In this document: positions 37,763 through 48,700 of the stretch, piece by piece | How the letters are laid out: each line of letters starts with the position of its first letter | How positions within the stretch are numbered: position 1 is the stretch's first letter | Virus record (IMG/VR): IMGVR_UViG_3300032030_002018 | Length of the DNA: 64,000 nt | Reading direction: 5' to 3' (one strand) | Source of the DNA: a virus | Lineage: Duplodnaviria; Caudoviricetes | Notes under the pieces: model-generated | Seen by the model: the letters and a program-made list of their open reading frames with translations, nothing else | The model's database searches: none | What the model was told of the DNA's origin: nothing | Made by a program: the position numbers and the translations under genes

Positions 37763-38490
37763 TACTTTACCATCTCAATGATTACACATCTGTTGAAATT
37801 GTTTACAGAATACCTCTGTGAATTAGAACCATTGGCAATAATCTCTATCTTTGTAGGACTTATACCATATTCATTTACAAGTTTGTTGTAAACTGTAATA
37901 CATCTGTTCTTAGACAAATTCATATTCAATACTGGATTTCCAGTTTGAGCATCAGCATATCCATACAATGTTATCTTTGAATTTGGATAACGGTACACAT
38001 AATCCCTCACATTCATAAGATTCGTATGAGCATCATTATTTGTTATAATACTGTATGAATTCCTTTCAAAGTTTATAGTCCAAGCTGTATATACAGGACT
38101 TTGTTGCACATACATATCATCCTCAATAACCTCCCTCTCGTCCTCTCTGACAATATAATTGTAATTGTTCGTTACATTCTTTTCAACAACAACAGGATAC
38201 TCCGTTTCATATTTAACTGAAATCGAAGGAACTACAACTATACCACCATAAGGAACATAATTTCTGCTAATTAAAACCTCACCTTGGTAATAATAAGGAT
38301 AATGCCTGGTTATTACATTAGCACCATATCCAACTGGTCTGTAAACTGGTCTTGGTCGTACATCTCTACGAGTTGCCACAACTCGTCTGTGACTAACAAC
38401 TCTACCTCCACCACCACTTCCATAACGATATTGTCCGAAAGAAGATAAAGAGATAAGTAAAAAAGTAATTAAAAACAATAATTTTCTCAT
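37759..38490 (-). CDS. Exported protein with OmpA-like peptidoglycan-binding domain
   Basis: Signal peptide; GYADAQTG..N..LS..R..NR. Confidence 0.85.
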   Translation of the reverse strand: MRKLLFLITFLLISLSSFGQYRYGSGGGGRVVSHRRVVATRRDVRPRPVYRPVGYGANVITRHYPYYYQGEVLISRNYVPYGGIVVVPSISVKYETEYPVVVEKNVTNNYNYIVREDEREVIEDDMYVQQSPVYTAWTINFERNSYSIITNNDAHTNLMNVRDYVYRYPNSKITLYGYADAQTGNPVLNMNLSKNRCITVYNKLVNEYGISPTKIEIIANGSNSQRYSVNNFNRCVIIEMVKY

Positions 38491-38625
38491 AATACTACAA
38501 TTTTAATTAATAATTTATGCTCCAAATATATATCTTTTACTTAAATAATACAAATATATCTATATATTTTTTTGTATTTTTAAAATATTATATATATATT
38601 TAACCAAATTTTATATATAAATATA

Positions 38626-40296
38626 ATGGAATATAATTGGTCAAAATATCAAAGGGACATATTTGATTTCGTTGAACACGGTGTTGGTAACTGTGTTGTC
38701 GAAGCTTGCGCTGGGAGCGGAAAAAGTACGACAATGATAAAATGTATAGATTTAATCCCAAAAGGTCACACAGTGCTTCTCACAGCCTTTAATAAGGATA
38801 TTGTTGACGCATTGTCCTCAAAGTTGGAGAGAAAGGATAACGTCAGAACTATGACAATACATAGCATAGGACTTAAAATGCTAATCAATAACCTTAAAGA
38901 CTCAAAACTCAAATTGGACGAATTCAAATATCGCACATATATCAATTCAAATATATCTGACATATCAGAAACATATAATAATTACAATCAACGCAATAAA
39001 GATAAGTATATAAAGAACATCAATAAATTCGTGGATTTCGGAAGACTATACCTATGTCAAACAGTAAAAGACCTATCTATGATTGAAAACAGATATGGAA
39101 TACAAGTTCTTTCAGACGAAAAAGATATTGCTGTAGATGTAATGAAGTGGGGTAAGAACAACACGGACATTATAGATTATACAGATATGATATGGCTTCC
39201 AAATGTGCTGTATTTGCAACCCTGGGGATTCAGGTTTGACTGGGTTATGGTTGACGAATGCCAAGACCTCAACAGAGCGCAAAGGGAACTTATTCTAAAA
39301 TGCAATAAGATTAACACAAGAATACTCGCATTCGGAGATGAGAAACAGTGCATATACTCATTCTCAGGTTCTGACCCTGAATCATTCAATGAACTCAGGA
39401 AAATGCCAAACACTATAACCCTTCCATTGTCAATAACATATAGATGCGCTGACAAGATTGTCGAACTTGCAAGAACTATAACTGATGTAATAGAGCCAAA
39501 TGACTTCGGTAATAAAGGTATAATACTATACGATACCAAATTGGAAGACATTGAGAATGGAGATATGGTATTGTGCAGAAATAACTCACCATTAGTACAA
39601 GCTTATTCATACCTTGTTAATTCAGGTAAGAAATGCTTTATAAGAGGTCGTGATTTCGGTATTGAACTGATAAGCATAATAAAATCAACCAAATGTGATT
39701 ATATCAACAAAGACTTGTCATCTGACGGTGTAATACCAAGATTATACGCAGACTTAATAGAATCAATCAATACATTAAAAGAAAAGTCAAACATAACTGA
39801 TGATGAGGCTCTTGACTCTGAATATATATTAAATAAGGTTGACATTATCAAAATAATTGAGATATTGTCAACAGATTTGAACAGTGCTGAAGAACTCATA
39901 AATAAGATTGACAGCATTTTCTCTGATAAATGGACTGATGGCATTATGCTTTCAACAATACATAAGGCAAAAGGACTTGAATCAAAGAACGTGCATATAC
40001 TTTGCAGGTCATTGATGCCATCAAAAAACGCAACAGAAGAATGGGAGAAAGAACAAGAAATGAACCTAATGTACGTCGCTTATACCAGAGCAATAAACAA
40101 GCTTTGCTTTGTTAAGGAAAACGGATTCCAAAATATATTCAACACGGAAAAAATCAGCCCTTTGAAAATAAGAACAATTGAACAAATAATCAATAAGATA
40201 ATTATAAACGAAAATAACACCAATGATAACAATACAGTACAAACAACTGTTAAAACATTGGTAAAACCAAAAGTGAATATAAAAATATTAAAATAA
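38626..40296 (+). CDS. UvrD/Rep-family SF1 helicase
   Basis: AGSGKS, VDECQD, GDEKQCIY, TIHKAKGLE, YVAYTRA. Confidence 0.93.
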   Translation: MEYNWSKYQRDIFDFVEHGVGNCVVEACAGSGKSTTMIKCIDLIPKGHTVLLTAFNKDIVDALSSKLERKDNVRTMTIHSIGLKMLINNLKDSKLKLDEFKYRTYINSNISDISETYNNYNQRNKDKYIKNINKFVDFGRLYLCQTVKDLSMIENRYGIQVLSDEKDIAVDVMKWGKNNTDIIDYTDMIWLPNVLYLQPWGFRFDWVMVDECQDLNRAQRELILKCNKINTRILAFGDEKQCIYSFSGSDPESFNELRKMPNTITLPLSITYRCADKIVELARTITDVIEPNDFGNKGIILYDTKLEDIENGDMVLCRNNSPLVQAYSYLVNSGKKCFIRGRDFGIELISIIKSTKCDYINKDLSSDGVIPRLYADLIESINTLKEKSNITDDEALDSEYILNKVDIIKIIEILSTDLNSAEELINKIDSIFSDKWTDGIMLSTIHKAKGLESKNVHILCRSLMPSKNATEEWEKEQEMNLMYVAYTRAINKLCFVKENGFQNIFNTEKISPLKIRTIEQIINKIIINENNTNDNNTVQTTVKTLVKPKVNIKILK

Positions 40297-40305
40297 AATA
40301 ATATA

Positions 40306-40599
40306 ATGAGTAAATTAAAAACTGTAATTGACACATATTCAGATAGTTATTATATGTGTAAAGTGTATGGTAAAACATTCGATAATGTGAGTAATATGGA
40401 ATGTTATTCAAATATAGAATTCAGAAAAGTAAATCTCTCTGATGAAGAGAATTGGGATTTAATTGAACAATACGGAATAAGAAAGGTTCCTTCAACATTG
40501 TTCTTGGATAATAACGGAGTCTTATTGATAATACTTTCAGGTTTACAAACAGAAGATAAATTGATTGAAACAATTAATACATTGATTGATAATGAGTAA
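40306..40599 (+). CDS. Thioredoxin-fold protein lacking CxxC
   Basis: YGIRKVPSTLF cis-Pro motif; SYYMCK in place of CxxC. Confidence 0.65.
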   Translation: MSKLKTVIDTYSDSYYMCKVYGKTFDNVSNMECYSNIEFRKVNLSDEENWDLIEQYGIRKVPSTLFLDNNGVLLIILSGLQTEDKLIETINTLIDNE

Positions 40600-41455
40600 C
40601 AATATAATATCATTAGCTGGTAGATTGCGTAGCGGAAAGGGTGAACTGTCAAAGATATTGGAGAGAAAAGGATATGAGCCAATATATTTTGCAATTCCAC
40701 TAAAGAAAATGTGTGGAGAATTACTTGGTGTTGATTTTGAAACACTTGAAAGGATGAAGAACAACAATGAGCATATTGATTTTGAATTCACCAAAGACGA
40801 TTGCAAATATATATCAGAAAAGACTGAAATACCTGAGGAATATATCTGTGAGAAACTATATGGCTCAAATGTTGATAATGTTCGTGGTATGTTACAATAT
40901 GTAGGTACAAATGTCATAAGGGAATATAATCCTGATTGGCACGTCAATGAGATTAAAAAAATGATAGACCCTAATAAGAAATATGTCTTCAATGACACAA
41001 GGTTTCCAAATGAAACCAAGATGGTTGAGGATATGGGTGGAGATAACTGGTTTATTGTAAGACCTTACATTAAGGAATTGTCACACCATATATCAGAAGA
41101 ATCGCTTAAATGGCAAATGTTTGGATATAACACAATACTTAGCGAGAAACTTGAAGAACTGTCAGAACAATGGGATATGTTCACAGATAATTATGAAGAG
41201 AATAAAAAACTTAGGAATAAAAGAATTGAAGAACTGAAATCAAATCCAACAGATATAAGTGACGGCATTATGGGTGATGATTGGAAATTGTTGATAAACA
41301 GATATATGTTTGAATACAAACCAATTGAGTTTAATAAGAACAATATTGAATCATATGCTTGTGAAAATGATGTATTATCAATATTGAATAAATACGGAAG
41401 TATTGAAATTATTGATAATCCATATAATATTGAGGATTTTAAAATATTTGCATAG
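40592..41455 (+). CDS. Deoxynucleoside monophosphate kinase
   Basis: GRLRSGKG, FAIPLK, RGMLQYVGT, DTRFPNE, HISE. Confidence 0.88.
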   Translation: MSNNIISLAGRLRSGKGELSKILERKGYEPIYFAIPLKKMCGELLGVDFETLERMKNNNEHIDFEFTKDDCKYISEKTEIPEEYICEKLYGSNVDNVRGMLQYVGTNVIREYNPDWHVNEIKKMIDPNKKYVFNDTRFPNETKMVEDMGGDNWFIVRPYIKELSHHISEESLKWQMFGYNTILSEKLEELSEQWDMFTDNYEENKKLRNKRIEELKSNPTDISDGIMGDDWKLLINRYMFEYKPIEFNKNNIESYACENDVLSILNKYGSIEIIDNPYNIEDFKIFA

Positions 41456-41460
41456 ATATT

Positions 41461-41498
41461 AAAAAAGCGTGACATTGTATTTTTGCCACGCTTTTTTT
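41461..41498. terminator. Bidirectional terminator
   Basis: aaaaaagcgtgaca...tgccacgctttttt. Confidence 0.75.
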
Positions 41499-41516
41499 AT
41501 TTGAATATTCTAAAAT

Positions 41517-42500
41517 CTAACTTATAGATAATATATCACTTGCATAATCGCTCCAACTCGTTGCAGACTTATAAGTCTCAACACTTTCTGACGGAACATA
41601 AAACTTTCTGCCAGAAGCATTATTATTAAATACTACATTACCTAATGATGGAGGTGTCGTGGCATAAATTGTTACGATTGTAAGACTAGTGCAATAAGTG
41701 AATGCAGAAGATGCAATACTTGTAACACTGTTTCCAATTGTTACACTTGTAAGACTACTACAACCACCGAATGCCCAACTTCCAATACTTGTAACGCTAT
41801 CAGGTATGTTTATACTTGTAAGACCTTTACAATTACGGAATGACTCCGTTCCAATAGTTGTAACACCATTTCCAATTGTTACACTTGTAAGGCCACTACA
41901 ATTATAGAATGTTTGGCTACCAATACTTGTAACACCAGTTGGTATTGTTACGCTTGTAAGACTAGCACAATAAGTGAATGCATAATCTCCGATACTTGTA
42001 ACACCAGTTCCAATTGTTACACTTGTAAGGCCACTACAATCTTGGAATGCACTTGTACCAATACTTGTAACACTATCAGGTATATTTATACTTGTAAGGC
42101 CACTACAACTTGAGAATGCACTTGTACCAATACTTGTAACACTATTTGGAATTTCGACTTTAGTTACTGTACTTGCAGAATAAAAAGCATATGTACCTAC
42201 AGTTGTAACATCATCTGCAAACGTTATTGTTCCAACACCATCCTCAAAGTCGTGCGAAGATATTGTTGTATTGAATGCATTAGTGTGCAATCCACCGGTT
42301 TTCGTCGATGTGGTTTCTGTTAGTTTAGCTGGGGCATAGTACATTATAACATTTGTTGGAACAACAGGCTCATCACCCTTTTTATTGAAATGTACTTCGT
42401 TTTCTGTTTCGCAGAGGCTCACGTTAGGTAGCACAGCTGTATCACCTGTTATATAGGACTCATAGTCCGTGTGGTTCAAGAATTTCTTTAAGTATATCAT
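41517..42500 (-). CDS. BspA-type leucine-rich repeat protein
   Basis: 23-aa repeats LTSVTIPxSVTSIGxxAFxxC. Confidence 0.92.
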   Translation of the reverse strand: MIYLKKFLNHTDYESYITGDTAVLPNVSLCETENEVHFNKKGDEPVVPTNVIMYYAPAKLTETTSTKTGGLHTNAFNTTISSHDFEDGVGTITFADDVTTVGTYAFYSASTVTKVEIPNSVTSIGTSAFSSCSGLTSINIPDSVTSIGTSAFQDCSGLTSVTIGTGVTSIGDYAFTYCASLTSVTIPTGVTSIGSQTFYNCSGLTSVTIGNGVTTIGTESFRNCKGLTSINIPDSVTSIGSWAFGGCSSLTSVTIGNSVTSIASSAFTYCTSLTIVTIYATTPPSLGNVVFNNNASGRKFYVPSESVETYKSATSWSDYASDILSIS

Positions 42501-42513
42501 ATATATAATTTTT

Positions 42514-43074
42514 TTAATGATTATCCCAATATTGTTCGATAAACGATAACATATCAGATGTTGTTATCCCGTATTCTTTTAGTGCCTTTGGTATTTTTAC
42601 CATTGGCTTGTTGCATACTTTATTGATTGTTTCGATATCTTGATTTAATGATACTTGAAAAGACATATAACGCCATCCATTAATAGTTGTCTCAACAGCA
42701 GAGGCTATTTTAAATCCGTCAACCAAAACATCATTGTTGTCACATCTAACACTAGATAGATTATATATTTCCTTCAAATGGTTTGCAAAATCCTTGGTGA
42801 ATACATCGCCGTATGATTCTTTTCCTAGAGATTTGCGCTTGATATTTACAAAAATATTTCCACTTACACCTATTATACACCCACCGCCTTGCGGCATTTT
42901 TGCATATGGTATCCCATTTTCTTGACAATATTTAATGTTACACGAACCTTCCTCACAATATATAGCTTCTGTCCTGTTTAAAACAACAATAACAGTTTCT
43001 TCTTGTGGTGAATCAATAAATTCTTTTTCTTTTTTTAGGAATTCAACTTGTGATGTATATCGATTTGTTTCCAT
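42514..43074 (-). CDS. Lipoate-protein ligase A-like protein
   Basis: GGGCI and NDVLVDGFKIAS motifs. Confidence 0.65.
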   Translation of the reverse strand: METNRYTSQVEFLKKEKEFIDSPQEETVIVVLNRTEAIYCEEGSCNIKYCQENGIPYAKMPQGGGCIIGVSGNIFVNIKRKSLGKESYGDVFTKDFANHLKEIYNLSSVRCDNNDVLVDGFKIASAVETTINGWRYMSFQVSLNQDIETINKVCNKPMVKIPKALKEYGITTSDMLSFIEQYWDNH

Positions 43075-43189
43075 AATATAATTCCAGTTTTTTGAATTTA
43101 ATAATAAATATCTAAATAAAACCATTTTGAACTTAAAATACTAATTTACTTTTGATTATTCTTTAATATTTTTTAAAGAAAGTTGATAT

Positions 43190-43924
43190 ATGTTGGAACT
43201 GAATAAGATATACAATATTGATGTGCTTGAAGGTTTGAAATCATTGGATGATAAATCCATTGACCTTATCATAACGTCTCCTCCTTATAACAAGAATGGT
43301 TTTAACAAGGTGAAAAAGAATAGAAAAGGGATATGGAATGGTTCGATTGACTACAATGGCGATACTATGAATGATTATATGGATGAGGAAGAGTATGAGA
43401 AATGGCAGATTGATATACTGAATGAATGTTTCAGGGTATTGAAGGACGACGGCAGTATGTTCTACAATCACAAGTTAAGGGTTAAGAATAATGAGGCTTC
43501 TTTCCCTCTTGATTGGATACACAAAAGCGATTTCATATTCAAGCAATTGATTATTTGGAATAGGACAGCAAGTCCAAATGTCAATTACTGTATGTATATA
43601 CCAGTTCACGAATATCTGTTTTGGCTGATAAAAAGGAATAAGAATCCAAGATTCAGAAGAGGTCAGGATATACCTTTCAAAACTGATGTATGGACACTTG
43701 TACCTGAGAAAAATACTGAACATCCTGCACCATTCCCAATTGAAATACCTGATAATATAATACCAAATGTAGCACAAGGAGAAAGAATAACAGTACTAGA
43801 CCCGTTTATGGGAAGTGGAACTGTGGCTGTATCAGCGATAAAAAATGGATGTGACTACATAGGATTTGAAAAATATCAAGAATATGTAGATATGGCTGAA
43901 AAAAGAATAAAAGAGATTAAATAG
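43190..43924 (+). CDS. DNA methyltransferase, beta class
   Basis: TSPPY, HPAPFP, DPFMGSG. Confidence 0.9.
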   Translation: MLELNKIYNIDVLEGLKSLDDKSIDLIITSPPYNKNGFNKVKKNRKGIWNGSIDYNGDTMNDYMDEEEYEKWQIDILNECFRVLKDDGSMFYNHKLRVKNNEASFPLDWIHKSDFIFKQLIIWNRTASPNVNYCMYIPVHEYLFWLIKRNKNPRFRRGQDIPFKTDVWTLVPEKNTEHPAPFPIEIPDNIIPNVAQGERITVLDPFMGSGTVAVSAIKNGCDYIGFEKYQEYVDMAEKRIKEIK

Positions 43925-43925
43925 A

Positions 43926-43958
43926 AAAAAAGCGTCCCATTAACGAGACGCTTTTTTG
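43926..43958. terminator. Bidirectional terminator
   Basis: aaaaaagcgtc...gacgctttttt. Confidence 0.75.
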
Positions 43959-43962
43959 TTTA

Positions 43963-45156
43963 TTATGATATTGGCAAAATATAATTTGCGTATGAACTCC
44001 AATATTGTGCTGATTTATATGTTTCAACACTTCCTGAAGGCACATAAAACTTTCTACCAGATGCGTTGTCTTTAAACACATAGGTATCTTCTAATGTTGG
44101 CGGAGTCGTAGAGTAAATTGTCGCATTTAATAGATTTTCACAATAATCAAATGCTCTAGTTCCAATACTTGTAACTCCACTTCCGATTGTTACACTTATA
44201 AGACTACTACATCCATAGAATACATAAGCACCAATAAGTGCAACACTATCAGGTATGTTTATTGTTGTAAGACTATATCCAGAATAAAATGCACTTTCTC
44301 CAATACTTGTAACACTATTAGGTATTGTTATGCTTGTGAGACTTGAACAATCTTGGAATGCACTTTTTCCAATACTTGTAACACTATTAGGTATTGTTAT
44401 GCTTGTGAGTCTTGAACAATTTTGGAATACCTGATTTCCAATACTTGTAATACCGCTTCCAATATTAACGTTTGTAAGGCCTCTACAATAACCGAATGCA
44501 GAATTACCAATACTTGTAACACTATCTGGTATATTTATACTTGTAAGACCACTACAATTATAGAATGCACTTGTACCAATACTTGTAATACCGCTTCCTA
44601 ATGTTACACTTGTCAAACCACTACAATTACCGAATGTAGAATTACCAATACTTGTAACACTATTTGGTATATTTATACTTGTAAGACTTTTACAACCATT
44701 GAATGCACTACTTTCAATACTAGTAACACCACTTCCTAATGTTACACTTGTCAAACCACTACAATCTTGGAATGCACTTTCTCCAATACTTGTAACACTA
44801 TTTGGCATTTCGACTTTAGTTACAGTATTTGCAGAAAAAAAAGCATAGTTGCCAACAGTTGTAACATCATCAGCAAACGTTATTGTTCCAACACCATCCT
44901 CAAAGTCGTGTGAAGATATTGTTGTATTGAATGCATTAGTGTGCAACCCACTAGTTTTCTGCGATGTGGTTTCGTCTAATTTTGACGGTGCATAATATAT
45001 TATAACATTTGTTGGTACGACAGGTTCATCACCCTTTTTATTGAAATGTACTTCGTTTTCTGTTTCGCAGAGGCTCACGTTAGGTAGCACAGCTGTATCA
45101 CCTGTTATATAGGATTCATAATCCTGATGATTTAAGAATTTCTTTAAGTATTTCAT
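43963..45156 (-). CDS. BspA-type leucine-rich repeat protein
   Basis: Near-identical N-terminus to 41517-42500; about three more LRR units. Confidence 0.92.
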   Translation of the reverse strand: MKYLKKFLNHQDYESYITGDTAVLPNVSLCETENEVHFNKKGDEPVVPTNVIIYYAPSKLDETTSQKTSGLHTNAFNTTISSHDFEDGVGTITFADDVTTVGNYAFFSANTVTKVEMPNSVTSIGESAFQDCSGLTSVTLGSGVTSIESSAFNGCKSLTSINIPNSVTSIGNSTFGNCSGLTSVTLGSGITSIGTSAFYNCSGLTSINIPDSVTSIGNSAFGYCRGLTNVNIGSGITSIGNQVFQNCSRLTSITIPNSVTSIGKSAFQDCSSLTSITIPNSVTSIGESAFYSGYSLTTINIPDSVALIGAYVFYGCSSLISVTIGSGVTSIGTRAFDYCENLLNATIYSTTPPTLEDTYVFKDNASGRKFYVPSGSVETYKSAQYWSSYANYILPIS

Positions 45157-45174
45157 TTTCTTATAATTAATTTT

Positions 45175-45615
45175 TTACATTATAACAATTTCATCGTGTT
45201 TGATTGTTGTATATATCACTGATACAGTAGTATTTCTTGACGGCATTGTTCCTTTTACAACAGCCATTGATGGTTTATAACCTTCTATGATTGGGGATGG
45301 TACAGTATATCCCTGTCCATATTGATAATCTCCGTTGTAAGGTTGAGCGGCTTTAGCACCATTCATATGTCGGTAATTAATCGTCAACTTATATGTGTTC
45401 TTTGTGTACATTACCGTAACTGTAACACTTCTTCTTGGCATAATGCCTTTCACCTTTGTCTTGGCTGAAGAATATCCGGCGACTGTTGGTGACATTACAT
45501 CATAAGAAGACCCATATTCGTATTCTCCTGTAAATGGGTCAATGAGCGGTTTTCCTGTTTCCGCATTGATGTAGTTTATTTTCAATTTGTAAGTTTTAAC
45601 ACTATTTTTTTCCAT
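45175..45615 (-). CDS. MucBP-like repeat protein
   Basis: Two repeats YKLxINY...Y.V.SP.I.GY....V.V.Y. Confidence 0.75.
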   Translation of the reverse strand: MEKNSVKTYKLKINYINAETGKPLIDPFTGEYEYGSSYDVMSPTVAGYSSAKTKVKGIMPRRSVTVTVMYTKNTYKLTINYRHMNGAKAAQPYNGDYQYGQGYTVPSPIIEGYKPSMAVVKGTMPSRNTTVSVIYTTIKHDEIVIM

Positions 45616-45709
45616 AATCTTTTTTTGTTTTTTCTTTATAAATATAATGATATTTTTGTTTTTTCTAATATCTGAATATTTATTGGGTGTAAATTTTTTC
45701 GTAAATATT

Positions 45710-48700
45710 ATGGATGAAATAAGATTGAGGAATATTGAGAATAATAGTGTTTTTTGTAAATACAATGTTGAAATATTGAATGACCCAAGTTGGATAAGTC
45801 TCGACCAAAATGAACACGTATCATACAGTAGTGTGACATCTGAAGATGTTCAGACTATAACTGTATATTGTGACAAGAACAATGAGATTGGTCCGAATGG
45901 TTTGATAAATGAGCGTCAAGCTACCATAAGGTTTGAACAGGTTGACAAGTGTTCAGAGAAATTCGATGTTCTTGTCAAACAGTCTGGCGCTACTATAATA
46001 AGCAAATACACAATCCTCAATGAGAATATGACAATGGGAATAGATTTCATTGAGGGAGGATACGGTGATGTATCAAAAAAGCGTGACACAGAGCCGGGTG
46101 GTACTGGCGAAGATGAGATGTGGTTGTCTTTTGATAATGACAATGTAAGCCATATCATTGAGGTGAAACCAAGATATGAGATAACATTGAGGGAGACATT
46201 ATATGCTGATTATGGCAATGGAACACAAGCTGAAGAGATACGTGTTGTTGGCGACACAACTTTTTCATACGACAAATGGGATGATTTCAACTATAGGTTG
46301 GAAGATATGAACAATGAGGGTCAGTACAAATATGAAACCCCATTGAAGCCTTGTGTTATACCAGAACATTTAAAAATGGATACGCCTAATATTAAATATA
46401 TTGGGTATGGAAGATATAAACTCTATTCAAAAGCTGACAGTAGAAATCCAAGTGCGTATGAAATGGGTGACAAGTCTTTCAGAATAATGGCACAGGTGTT
46501 GGAAGGAATAAGGTTCAGACTTGCTGAAAGATACCACTTACAGGCTTGTCCTGATAGTGGTGGAACTGATTGTGTGTCTTCAACAACAAAGATTGGGTGT
46601 GACGAAACTGCAATACTGTGTCTTGTTGATGAAAAACACGTTCAAAGCGTTAGTTATGAATTTTATTTCACAAGTGGTTCTGATGCTAATGTTCAGCCAG
46701 AAGGTGAAACAAACCATCCTATCACAATAGTTTCTAATAAGGTTGTTGACGGAGTTAAAACGCCATTATCCACAATAACAACCTCAATATCATCAAGTAA
46801 TATTGTAACATTGCATTATAATGGATATTCGGACAATGAATTCAAATATGCTTTTGATTGTTCAGAAAATCCGACAGATACAAATAGGGAAGTCACAATA
46901 ACATTCATACAAACTGACGGTGGTACTGATACAGGAAAGAATCCTTTGATATATACTGTAAGGCAAACATATACTGCTGAATATGTTTTCACAATGTCAA
47001 ATGTTGAGATACCTGCTGACAGATGTGGTGGTGTGAAGAATTACACTTATAATGTATATTGCAATAATAATATTATTGCAAGGAACATACCTAATACTGT
47101 TTATGTTACAAGAAATGATTCAACAATAACAAGGCGTTTTGACAACGCGTTATATTTCTTAAAGCCTTTGACGAAGGATAATCTTATTTCAACATTACCA
47201 AATAGAGATGCGATATGGGAAGCTGTTGTTGCGCAAAAATATGATAGATACGACAACATACACATAACACAAAGTGGTCTTTCTGATGTTGAAGACGAAT
47301 ACGAAAATGTCGAGTTTGTTATAGATTTAAAGAAACCGGAAGAAACAGTTAATTACATTTATCAGAATGATACCGATATAATTGGATATTTTGTATGTGA
47401 TAATGTTGATGAATGTATATCGAATTGCCTTGTTGACAATAGAACGGAAAAAATATATCCTGTAGTACGAGACGATAATTATAGAAAAGATGGTGCTGTA
47501 AAGGACGGCTCTCACGGCGCAATTGGTGTGGACGAAGGAAACATAAGGATGACAGGTGGAACTGGTTATTTAAGTATAATGTTTTTGAAAAGGGTTAGAA
47601 AGGGAGATAATTGGTATTTCTCGCTTCCCTCTATGACATTTGCAAATGAAAATGATGAAGACCGTATAACTATAACATATCCTGAGGTGTTTATTTCAAA
47701 GGGTAGTTTGGATTTCATAGAAACAGACCCTGAAGACAACCATATAAGATATGTGGTTAAGAATGATTATATAAAATCATACAACAATGATGATTTCTCA
47801 TATGATTATAAACTTGGAATATATGGAGAGAGATTTGTAAACCCAAACAAAGAATATATGTTCATTGTTGACTACAATCCTTCTGACAAATATGAGTCAC
47901 AGAATAGTAATGTTGATTTTTTGGAGCAAATGAAGGTACAAGGTAGAAAATTCTTCTCCATAACTAACGATGGGTGTTTTGAACTTTCTCTTTCGGTAAA
48001 TGCAAACTATTCAATTGAAAGCGATTTGAAACTTTCACCTTCTCAAATACAATCTGATAACAGTAAGACTTTATCCGCAAATTCTGGATATAACTATACT
48101 TTCTGGGAAGAAACATATAATAATGAATTTATAAGCGGTTCAACTCCTTGTCCAAGAGGTGTGGTAACAGTACCTAATATTTGGGGTATGCCTTATGAGG
48201 TAAAGGTATATGCTTGCATAAAGGAAGAAGACGATAATTCTGAATGGATGCAAGTAAGAATGGGTGACGACAATTACTCAATATGGCAAGACATTATGGG
48301 AAGTACATTTCCATTCACATCAGGTCATACATACGAGATAAGCATAAACGAGGGTGAGGTCAACAAACCTATAGTTGAATACTATTGCGTTAGTAAAACA
48401 CAGCCGTCAAGTAGTTCTCCTGATTGGCAAACAACAGCACCATCTCAACCTGTTTGGCAAGAAGGTATGGAACACGATGGAAAAATATGGTGGTGTTATA
48501 GTACTGTTGGCGATACTTCTTCCAAATATAATATAACTGAACTTTGTGATTGTTATATTGAAGACGGTGATAGATATGATAATTTTGTCGGTTTCTCCGG
48601 TAACAATTATTATATAATGTCAAGCAATAATACAACACCTCAAAGCGGAGATTCAAGATGGTCTGAAACAATACCTCCTATAACATCAACGAACAAATAC

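Noticed and set aside
41600-44800. 69-bp periodic repeats as a second CRISPR array or DGR
   Set aside because: They are in-frame LRR coding repeats; no reverse transcriptase or adenine-specific variation seen.
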